A stretch of DNA of 64,000 nt, from NCBI GenBank assembly GCA_035528905.1, contig DATKXU010000060.1, positions 8,863 to 72,862 of the forward strand, in the 5' to 3' direction. Source of the DNA: Armatimonadota bacterium (lineage in GTDB: Bacteria; Armatimonadota; UBA5829; DTJY01). Under the pieces are notes generated by a model that saw only the letters and a program-made list of their open reading frames with translations, ran no database searches and was not told the origin of the DNA. Positions 20,101-27,251 of this stretch are shown one piece after another (the stretch's first letter is position 1; each line of letters opens with the position of its first letter). A program made the translations under genes and the position numbers.

Positions 20101-20842
20101 CGATGCCGCCGAGCCGCTGTATCGCCGCGCGCTGGAGGCAAGGGAGCGCGTGCTCGGGCCGGAACATCCGGATACGCTCGTGAGCGTCGACAACCTTGCA
20201 TTGTTACTGGACTCCAAAGGCGACTACGATGCAGCGGAGCCGCTGCTTCGCCGAGCGCTGGAGGCAAGGGAACGCGTGCTTGGGCCGGAGCATCCGAATA
20301 CGCTTAATAGTGTCAACAACCTTGCATTCCTACTCTATTCCAAAGGCGACTACGCCGCCGCCGAGCCGCTGTGTCGCCGAGCGCTGGAGGCGGACGAGCG
20401 GAACCTCGGATCGAGCCATCCAAAGGTCGCGGAGGATTTGAATAACCTAGCGTGGACGCTGCGATGCATGGGAGACCTTTCAGGCGCGGAGGAGTGCTAT
20501 CGCCGCGTGCTCGGCATCAACGAAAACGGCATTGGGCCTGAGATCACGCGAGCAGTGGCCATGGCTCACAACGAACTCGCATTCCACTTCGATGTGCCCG
20601 CGCGGAACTGGATTGAGGCGGAGTCCCACTACAGGCGCTCAGTAGAACTTTGGCGCAGTGCAGGTGATCCCGTGCAAGCGGCGAACGTCGAGCTGAATCT
20701 CCAGGTAATGTTCCAGCTTGCCGGGCGCAGGGTAGACGTGCCCCGCGTGAAGGAACTGACCGCGATCCTGGAGAAGGCTCAAGACGAGCGGGCGGAAAAA
20801 GGACACAAGCTTCTTGCATTGCTGGGGCAGGAGCGATCATGA
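17135..20842 (+). CDS. STAND-type P-loop NTPase with N-terminal DUF4062 domain and C-terminal TPR_12-type repeat array (paralog 1)
   Basis: 1235 aa. N-terminus RVFISSTFRDM...DLRWGV...CRPYFIGLLGERYGW (DUF4062 signature). Walker A GESGCGKSAL. About 10 near-identical 42-aa TPR repeats (GDYDAAEPLFRRALE..FGPEHPDTLTSVNNLA). Confidence 0.85.
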   Translation: MSQEPTYGRREIRVFISSTFRDMHAEREELVKRVFPQLRKLCEQRGVVWGEVDLRWGVTDEQKAEGKVLPICLAEIQRCRPYFIGLLGERYGWVPEEIDPDLEEREKWLKEHHERSVTELEILHGVLRDPKMADHAFFYFRDSDYLNHLPDGAKSADFISESPESADKLKQLKDSIRAAYAARKVHNPPRENYLTPEALGELVLQDLTNVIDRLYPIGETPDPIDQEAMRHEAYAQSRRLAFIGREDLLSRVDEQISSGQQYLALTGESGCGKSALLAEWVARWREDHADDLIIQHYIGSTPESADWQGLVRRILGELKRAFDIPDDIPLQPDALRGALYDWTAKAAGSRQVVLVLDALNQLTDDNVARQLGWLPVVFSANFRVLVSALPGDSLEALRLRGWPELPVPLFDEADIAPATLAYFKIYSKTPSDELLAKLVDTPAARNPLYLRAVADELRQFGSHEGLLVMADAYLAAPDLPSLYNRILARWHDDFGRDPEHPDVVRRSLCFIACSRFGLTEAELLDLLGKQNERGEYASLPRHFWTPFYLAAESALAHRAGLLTFGHDFLRAAVQSRWLTDAEAVRSFRRQLADYFGETADPTDRKLDELPTLLRDLKLSEALKNLLADIPTFRRLRSTERWKWELHGFWIPLRQRYDPGEVYEAALAVLQATEDETSVTRNCSEVAVFHQDAGDYDAAEPLFRRTLDARERALGPEHPDTLTSVNNLALLLYSKGDYDAAEPLFHRALEGFERVFGPEHPDTLTSVNNLAGLLLSKGDYDAAEPLFRRTLDARERALGPDHSDTLASVNNLAGLLIERGDYDAAEPLFRRALEGFERVFGLEHPNTLTSVGNLAGSLEDKSDYDAAEPLYRRALEARERVLGPEHPATLASVNNLAALLYSKGDYDAAEPLFHRALIGRERILGMDHSDTLTSVCDLAVLLYSKGDYDAAEPLYRHALESCERIFGPGHPDTLGTVNSLAFLLKAKGDYDAAEPLYRRALEARERVLGPEHPDTLVSVDNLALLLDSKGDYDAAEPLLRRALEARERVLGPEHPNTLNSVNNLAFLLYSKGDYAAAEPLCRRALEADERNLGSSHPKVAEDLNNLAWTLRCMGDLSGAEECYRRVLGINENGIGPEITRAVAMAHNELAFHFDVPARNWIEAESHYRRSVELWRSAGDPVQAANVELNLQVMFQLAGRRVDVPRVKELTAILEKAQDERAEKGHKLLALLGQERS
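19196..20525 (+). repeat. Intragenic tandem 126-bp (42-aa TPR) repeats, ~10 units
   Basis: Repeated ggcgactacgatgc(a/c)gc(a/c)gagccgctgt(t/a)tc(a/g)ccg... visible directly in the sequence. Confidence 0.8.
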
Positions 20843-20876
20843 AAGTATCGCGCCACCCGGATAAAGAGGAGTAAAT

Positions 20877-21041
20877 ATGGAGAAACCTTTTTCATTTTCA
20901 CTCAACGCGATAATCAAGGATGATGCCGGGCGTTGCCTTCTCATCAAGCGCTCGATGAACTCCAGAGGCAATCCCGGCAAATGGGATTTCCCGGGCGGCA
21001 AGCTCGACCCCGGCGAGACGTTCGACCGGGGGCTGCTTTGA
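20877..21041 (+). pseudogene. Truncated Nudix hydrolase remnant
   Basis: MEKPFSFSLNAIIKDDAGRCLLIKRS...GKWDFPGGKLDPGETFDRGLL* reproduces the start of a Nudix fold up to the GX5E part of the Nudix box, then stops. No intact REx2EE continuation in any frame. Confidence 0.4.
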
Positions 21042-21239
21042 GAGACTCTGGCGCAGCCAGGACGTGCTCATTCGAGGGTTGTGCCACGAGCCTCTCAAGC
21101 TCAACCCGTTCGTCTGCGATCCGAGCGGGTGGCTGAAGTAACACACCAGCAAGACGAGTTGATTCAAGCAGGTATTCGCTAATATTAGCCCGAAATACAA
21201 CGCAGTAATGAGGCGCACTCTAGTGGGAGGTAACAGGCT

Positions 21240-24059
21240 GTGGTTGATAAGAGAAATCACGACAAAACCATTGTCATCGCTGGCGATGTCACGGCGGACT
21301 GGAATATAGCAAGGCTGCGCAAGGACAAGGATAAAGGGCAGGCCTGGAATGCTGACGATACAACAAGGGTCTGTTTCCAGCCGGGTGGAGCAGCTATGCT
21401 GGCGGACGTTGTTGAGGCGATCACGGAGCGACTCCGAAGCGAGGGCCGAGTTGATTGCAGAGTGTCTCGCTTGCAGATACCGGAAGATGGGCTGAACACT
21501 CGCGACTGCCGTTACCATCACTCATACGCGATGTGGGCGCCCAAGGTCTACAGCGCCAAGGAAACAAAGAAATGGGTTTGGCGCGTTGAGGAGTTTCTTG
21601 GCCTGGATCCTGCTAAGGAGTGCGATACCAGTGACAAGACTGGAGCCGCGCATCTGCGTCTATCTGATGATCCCGTGCGTGCCGATGTGGTAGTGTTGGA
21701 CGACGCTAACCTCGGCTTCCGCGAACGAAAGCAGATCTGGCCAAAGGCCGTTCTAGGCAAGACCACTGCTGCATGGATAGTGTGCAAAGTAGCCAGCCCC
21801 GTCGCCCAGGGAGCATTATGGGAACATCTTATCGCCAATTGCGCATCGCACACTATTGCCGTGATGACCGTCAATGACCTAAGACGCACCGAAGTCAATA
21901 TCAGCCGTGGCCTGTCGTGGGAGAGGACAGCCCAAGACCTGTTCTGGGAGCTTACGCACAATCCCATGATCAATGGTCTGTCCCGATGCGCACACGTGAT
22001 CGTGTCCGTAGGGACTGCTGGTGTGCTGCGGCTGTCGCAAGTAAGCGGAGGGAAGTCTGACAGCACGGAGATATGCTCGGAATGCAAGCTCTTCTTCGAT
22101 CCCAAGTCCGCTGAGGCCTCCTGGGGACGCGAATATCCGGGAGGCATGATCGGTTACAACACTTGCCTCGCCGCAAGCATCACACGGGAGTTGATCCTGC
22201 AACCTGACGCCTCCACAATTGACGATGGGATTCAGTCGGGTATGGAGGCGATGCGGACGCTCCACATCGAGGGCTATGGTTCGCAGCACCCCAAGGAGAG
22301 CCTGAACGCGCCGACATTCCCTGTCAGTGCTGTAGTAGAGGCCATGTGGTCGGGCAGGGAACCTCTCCAGGTGGCGTCAGTTCAGGACCCTGTCCGATTC
22401 CTGCACGATCCATCGTCTGAGGCAAAGAGGACTGCTCCCGGATTCTGGACGATTCTGGACGACGTCTGTTCGGGGCGCGGTACGGGAAACCAGAGCCACT
22501 GCTCGCTTAATGAAATGGCCAGGAGCATTGTCGTCGATGGGCTGGACGTGGGGCTTGAGGGGATTCCACTTGGCAAGTTTGGCGGCCTCACCACTGCAGA
22601 CAGGCACGAGATCGAGGGCTATCGCAGCATCCATTCCCTCATGGTCGAGTACAGCACGAGCCACAAGGGCAACCCGCTGTGCATTGCGGTTTTTGGCCCT
22701 CCCGGATCCGGGAAATCGTATGGCGTAAAGCAAGTAGCCAAGTCAATCACGCAAGTTGTCATCGAGCCAATAACGTTCAATCTGTCGCAGTTCAATGATC
22801 CGGCCGAACTGGTCAGTGCGTTCCACCAGATCAGAGACATCAGCCTATCCGGAAAAATGCCGCTGGTGTTCTGGGATGAGTTTGACGCCACGCTCAACGG
22901 TCAGAAAACCGGATGGCTGCGTTACTTCCTCTCGCCGATGCAAGACGGCGAGTTTCAGGATGCGCAGATCACCTATCATATCGGGCGAGCGATTTTCGTG
23001 TTTGCTGGCGGCACACGCACTCGAATAGAGAAGTTCGACCGGACGGTCGACGAGGAAGCTCTGAAGATGTCGTCGGGTGAGGATAAGCAAGAGGCCCACG
23101 ACTTCAAGGACGCCAAGGGCCCGGACTTCGTAAGCAGGCTGAACGGTTTTGTCAATATTCTTGGGCCGAACAGGTTAGATGAAAGTGTTCTGGGGGGCGA
23201 TGAACATTTCATCATACGCAGAGCCGTTATCCTGCGTCAGTTGATGCAGCGACATGCATCGCAGTTTTTCTCGGAGCCAGACGGAGAAGGGACTCTCAGC
23301 ATTGACAGCGGTCTGCTGCGCGCGTTCCTGCAGACATCCAAGTATAAGCACGGCGTCAGGTCAATGGAAGCCATCATCACAATGAGCACGCTGTCGGGCA
23401 GGAATACCTTTGAGCGTTCGTGCCTGCCGTCAGAGGCGCAGCTCAATCTGCACGTAGACGGGCTGGAGTTCCTGGCTATAGTGCAGCAACCTGAGCTTGA
23501 CAGCAAACAACTGCTCGACAAGCTTGCGCGGGCGAATCACGAGGTGTATTGCGTGAGCCTTAAGGGCAAACCAGGCGCACCTGCCGAGGCGTCCCTCACG
23601 TACGATCAGCTTAGTGAGCATTTGCAGGATCAGAACGAAGACGCCGTTCGTGACATACCTAGCAAGCTGAGCTCCATTGGTCACGTGATGATCCCGGCGC
23701 GCAGTGATGACCCTCCATTTGACTTTCCCGGGCCTTACCTTGAGCAGCTTTCCGAGGCAGAGCATACGCGCTGGCTGAAAGCGAAATTGGCCGCGGGATG
23801 GAGATACGGGGATCCCCCGAAGTCCAATGAAGCCAAGACCAACCCCGCGATGTGCCCGTGGCAGAAGCTGTCTGATGAGGAGATTGCACAGCAGGAGAAG
23901 TGGTTGGCCGAGGCAATAGGATCCGGGAGAGTCGAAAACAGAGATTTACCGGACGACGAGAAGGACAAAGACCGGGAACTAGTCCGAGGGATACCGAAGG
24001 TGCTGGCGCTAGCGGGATATACGATTGTCGACCTACGGAGTTGTGCTAAGCGCTCGTGA
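21240..24059 (+). CDS. Large AAA+ ATPase with C-terminal RyR domain and ~450-aa N-terminal domain of unknown function
   Basis: 939 aa. Walker A VFGPPGSGKSYG, Walker B LVFWDEFD. C-terminal EHTRWLKAKLAAGWRYGD...EKWLAEAI matches the RyR-domain pattern. N-terminal region (TIVIAGDVTADW...GGAAMLADV) weakly Rossmann/ribokinase-like. Confidence 0.78.
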   Translation: MVDKRNHDKTIVIAGDVTADWNIARLRKDKDKGQAWNADDTTRVCFQPGGAAMLADVVEAITERLRSEGRVDCRVSRLQIPEDGLNTRDCRYHHSYAMWAPKVYSAKETKKWVWRVEEFLGLDPAKECDTSDKTGAAHLRLSDDPVRADVVVLDDANLGFRERKQIWPKAVLGKTTAAWIVCKVASPVAQGALWEHLIANCASHTIAVMTVNDLRRTEVNISRGLSWERTAQDLFWELTHNPMINGLSRCAHVIVSVGTAGVLRLSQVSGGKSDSTEICSECKLFFDPKSAEASWGREYPGGMIGYNTCLAASITRELILQPDASTIDDGIQSGMEAMRTLHIEGYGSQHPKESLNAPTFPVSAVVEAMWSGREPLQVASVQDPVRFLHDPSSEAKRTAPGFWTILDDVCSGRGTGNQSHCSLNEMARSIVVDGLDVGLEGIPLGKFGGLTTADRHEIEGYRSIHSLMVEYSTSHKGNPLCIAVFGPPGSGKSYGVKQVAKSITQVVIEPITFNLSQFNDPAELVSAFHQIRDISLSGKMPLVFWDEFDATLNGQKTGWLRYFLSPMQDGEFQDAQITYHIGRAIFVFAGGTRTRIEKFDRTVDEEALKMSSGEDKQEAHDFKDAKGPDFVSRLNGFVNILGPNRLDESVLGGDEHFIIRRAVILRQLMQRHASQFFSEPDGEGTLSIDSGLLRAFLQTSKYKHGVRSMEAIITMSTLSGRNTFERSCLPSEAQLNLHVDGLEFLAIVQQPELDSKQLLDKLARANHEVYCVSLKGKPGAPAEASLTYDQLSEHLQDQNEDAVRDIPSKLSSIGHVMIPARSDDPPFDFPGPYLEQLSEAEHTRWLKAKLAAGWRYGDPPKSNEAKTNPAMCPWQKLSDEEIAQQEKWLAEAIGSGRVENRDLPDDEKDKDRELVRGIPKVLALAGYTIVDLRSCAKRS

Positions 24060-24361
24060 AAGGGAATGATTTGGAGTTGTCATACGCACCGAAACCGATT
24101 GACACATCAGATATCAAGTTAAGTGAGGATCTGCTTGGGCTCACCGAGCGCCTCGCGGAAAACGCCCATGACATTTGGGCGAAGCAACGCATGGCTGACG
24201 GATGGACCTAGGGTCCGTAGCGTAACGACGCGGCCAAGACGCATCCCGACCTGGTGCCGTACTCTGATCTGCCCGAGTCGGAGAAAGAATACGACGGAAA
24301 CACCGCGATGGAGACACTGAAGGCCATCGTGGCCTTCGGATACAAGATCGAGACAGGATAG
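24050..24361 (+). pseudogene. Disrupted second RyR domain (frame-shifted relative to upstream gene, two in-frame TAG codons)
   Basis: Frame +2 reads LSEDLLGLTERLAENAHDIWAKQRMADGWT*GP*RNDAAKTHPDLVPYSDLPESEKEYDGNTAMETLKAIVAFGYKIE. This is a near-canonical RyR domain with TAG at the conserved Tyr and Val positions of GWTYGPVR. Confidence 0.55.
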
Positions 24362-24413
24362 ATCGCGGCAGGCATCGGGAAATGCGTTGCCCATAGAGAA
24401 GGAGTGATGTGAA

Positions 24414-26003
24414 GTGGATTATTCCGATTGCAAGTTTGTTCGCAGGCTCTATGAAGCGGAGAACAGATACCTTGAGGTGCTGCTTGAAGCGTTGGTCCTC
24501 AAACGATCTGGCCTCGGCATAGAGCTTGAGGTACAGTTCGACCGACAGTCTTACGTTGTTTGGAATGAGTCGGGTAAGACTGAAGTCAGGCTCAAGATGG
24601 GGGAACGCCAGGGGAAGACACGTGAGTTGCAGCGAAGACTGGATGCTTTTCTATTGCAGGGCGAGGGCGAGAAACTGGTGATAGAGCAGCCGAACTCCCC
24701 GTTTAGGTACGCTAGCGGAGGGACGCTGCCGGTCATTTGGATGGAGGGTAAGCAGTATTACTGTCTTTATTTTCGGGATATCTTTCCAACAGGCTGGAAC
24801 ATAGTGAACGGAGGCTGCGATTCATGGGTAGAGTTATGCCGTTTGTCCGACACCATTGAGCGGGAACTCCGGGAGGAACTCCTCATAATAGATCCCGCGA
24901 ATGGGAAACGGTTCGTCTTCAAGGACGATCTGGGGAGATCTCTTGATCGTCCTGAGTTCGCGGAAGCACGCCGGTTTTGGCATAAACAGAGGCCCGATCG
25001 GCATATCGAGGATTTCGAGGAGCACTTGGTAACGCCCAGGTGGCTCACAGGCCCTGACTCGGTTCGAATAGCAGATGTGGAAGGTGAATCAGTCGAAGCC
25101 ATATCTGACTGCTTTCTCAATATACGGGCGGAAGACTTTGGCATAGAGGTAGACAGAATTGCCAACATCCGTGTCGTTAGCGATGTTGTGTTTCTTGATG
25201 GCGAGGTTATGGGTGGAAGCCTAGGAGCGCATGGCTCCAAGCGCCGTCGCTTGGTAGACGCGCCGATCGGTCTTTTTGAGACTTCGAAGTTCGACAGCCT
25301 GCTGCAAAGCGGTGCGGTCGAATTCCTGCCTGATCGGCTATATCGAAGCGCTCAAGAAGTCGATGCGAAGATGACCAAGCAGATTGTCGAGAAGTTTCTT
25401 GAGGATATCAGGGACTGGCGGAACGAAAAGCAGATCAGGGAGTTCATGGAGTGCAAGCGCAGAGGCGTTCTCTATGATCTGTGCCCGATAGCTCGGGGTA
25501 TCATTTCCAGATACTTGAGACTGTCCGAGACCGAGCGTGATAAAGGACCCACTCCCATCGAAGGCAGATTGCCCAGGCGAGAGGGATTTGACGTGTTCAT
25601 TTCCTATGGCGGCGAGGACGTAAGACTGGCCAGGAGGGTGTACAACTACATCCAGAAGAACACCGGCCTCTCTTCCTTCTTCAGCGAAGAGGAGATGACG
25701 GATACGGATTTCGGCAAGGTCATCAACGACGCTCTTTCGTCCGCGAAATGCCTCGTTGCTGTGGCAACAAATCCTGAACATTTGAAAAAACCACACCCCG
25801 AGCACGAGTGGAATAGTTTCCACCTCGAAATGCTACACGGGAAAGAGAAACGCCAGATTGTCTCGTTCATTTATGGATGTGATCCGATGGATCTCCCTTG
25901 GGTGCTCCGACACAAGGAAGTAGTGGTCTGTCGGAGCGAACGTGATAGGGGTGCATTGAAAAGGCTCGAGAAACGGATTCGACTGGCATTTCCGACATGC
26001 TAA
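24414..26003 (+). CDS. Nudix-like (N-terminal) / TIR (C-terminal) fusion protein
   Basis: 529 aa. GWNIVNGGCDSWVELCRLSDTIERELREELLI has Nudix-box-like spacing with an intact REUxEE core. C-terminus DVFISYGGEDVRLARRV...LVAVATNPE...HEWNSFHLEM matches the TIR-domain pattern. Confidence 0.7.
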   Translation: MDYSDCKFVRRLYEAENRYLEVLLEALVLKRSGLGIELEVQFDRQSYVVWNESGKTEVRLKMGERQGKTRELQRRLDAFLLQGEGEKLVIEQPNSPFRYASGGTLPVIWMEGKQYYCLYFRDIFPTGWNIVNGGCDSWVELCRLSDTIERELREELLIIDPANGKRFVFKDDLGRSLDRPEFAEARRFWHKQRPDRHIEDFEEHLVTPRWLTGPDSVRIADVEGESVEAISDCFLNIRAEDFGIEVDRIANIRVVSDVVFLDGEVMGGSLGAHGSKRRRLVDAPIGLFETSKFDSLLQSGAVEFLPDRLYRSAQEVDAKMTKQIVEKFLEDIRDWRNEKQIREFMECKRRGVLYDLCPIARGIISRYLRLSETERDKGPTPIEGRLPRREGFDVFISYGGEDVRLARRVYNYIQKNTGLSSFFSEEEMTDTDFGKVINDALSSAKCLVAVATNPEHLKKPHPEHEWNSFHLEMLHGKEKRQIVSFIYGCDPMDLPWVLRHKEVVVCRSERDRGALKRLEKRIRLAFPTC

Positions 26004-26066
26004 GCGCACGCATGTCGCTCGGCTATCGGATATACAAGGACTAGGGCAGGGAGAAGGTGAGCTAAG

Positions 26067-27143
26067 ATGCATCCCTATCGTGTGTTCTTGAGTTACTCCC
26101 GGGAAGACCAGGAACTGGTTGACAAGATCGTCGCGATCCTCGAGGACGAACGGCTCGGTCTGGTCCCGAGGTTCGACCGGGACCTGCGATTAGGCAACCC
26201 GTTTGCAGAGGGCATAAAATCTCTGATCGAGACCTCACACGTATTCGTCCCGGTACTTACCGCCAACTCCAAAGACCGGCCGTGGGTCCACCAGGAGATC
26301 GGCTACGCCATGGGATGGGGCGTACCTATATTGCCGATTGCGATAGACGTGGACCCCGGCCAGATGATCCAGGGTCTCCAGGCGATCAAGGTTGACGAAG
26401 AACTCTATGGTTTGCTGGAGAACCTGGTCAAACGGCAGTCAGACATAGACCGCGCCGTGATGGAAGCCGGAAGCAAGGCACAAGGCAGGTTTGAGTGCGC
26501 AGTATACCCCGAAACTCGCACGCAGTTGATCGCGGAATATGCGGAGCGTGTGCGTCAACTCGCCAGCCACTGCAGGATACGACAGAGGGGAGCTTTCTCC
26601 TCGTTCAGTCTGCCGAGAGAGCACTTCAGCGATCCTGTCTGGCTGAAACGCGACTACCCTAAGCCGCGGAGTGAGCACTATCGGATGCTCCAGTGGTGCG
26701 AAAGAATGGCTCTCGAGGAACACGCCGTGAACGCAGGCTGTGATTTGCTCATCGACCCCAGTGTACCTTACGATAAGAAGGGCCAGCAGGCGAGGAACGT
26801 TCGGCTGGAAACGCTGGTCAGGTTCCTGGAGTCGATGCCCGAATCCCTTGTGCGCGTAGCGACGACCGAGGCGGCACGCCGCGAGAACACGCTGATAGTT
26901 GGCGACTGGTTCTATTGCCAATCGATGGCGCCTAAGCCTGGCGTCGGCTACTACCAGACCATCTTCACCTGGCACGCCCCGAGGGTGCTCTTGGAGATGA
27001 GACAGTTTGATCAGATGTTTCTGAACTACTACGTTGAGGACGGCCGTTCCCGTGACCGGGCTATTAATGCGATCGAGGAGGTCATCGGAACGTCCGTGCC
27101 ATCGACAGCCAGTGCGCCAAGTGTAGGACCAAATGCTGACTGA
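26067..27143 (+). CDS. TIR-domain protein with ~230-aa C-terminal domain of unknown function
   Basis: N-terminus RVFLSYSREDQELVDKIVAILE...VFVPVLTANSKDRPWVHQEIGYA is a TIR pattern. The remainder has no recognisable motif. Confidence 0.72.
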   Translation: MHPYRVFLSYSREDQELVDKIVAILEDERLGLVPRFDRDLRLGNPFAEGIKSLIETSHVFVPVLTANSKDRPWVHQEIGYAMGWGVPILPIAIDVDPGQMIQGLQAIKVDEELYGLLENLVKRQSDIDRAVMEAGSKAQGRFECAVYPETRTQLIAEYAERVRQLASHCRIRQRGAFSSFSLPREHFSDPVWLKRDYPKPRSEHYRMLQWCERMALEEHAVNAGCDLLIDPSVPYDKKGQQARNVRLETLVRFLESMPESLVRVATTEAARRENTLIVGDWFYCQSMAPKPGVGYYQTIFTWHAPRVLLEMRQFDQMFLNYYVEDGRSRDRAINAIEEVIGTSVPSTASAPSVGPNAD

Positions 27144-27251
27144 ATTGCGGGAGTGGCGACTTGCAGTGCCCGGGGCATAGTAGATGCCGAGGAAGTCCGG
27201 GATACGGGCTTCCGCGTTGCGGTTGACACCAAGCATTGAGGAGAACAAGCA

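Noticed and set aside
19196-20525. Regular 120-126-bp repeats (also 29520-30590 and 33650-34960) as possible CRISPR arrays
   Set aside because: Units are contiguous without spacers and far longer than CRISPR repeats. They are in frame and translate to TPR helices inside large ORFs.
24100-24130. TAG codons as evidence of stop-codon reassignment
   Set aside because: Confidently annotated genes in the same island end with TAG (methyltransferase at 42971-42973, DUF4411 gene at 44641-44643) and others with TGA or TAA. Local pseudogenisation or sequence error is more parsimonious.
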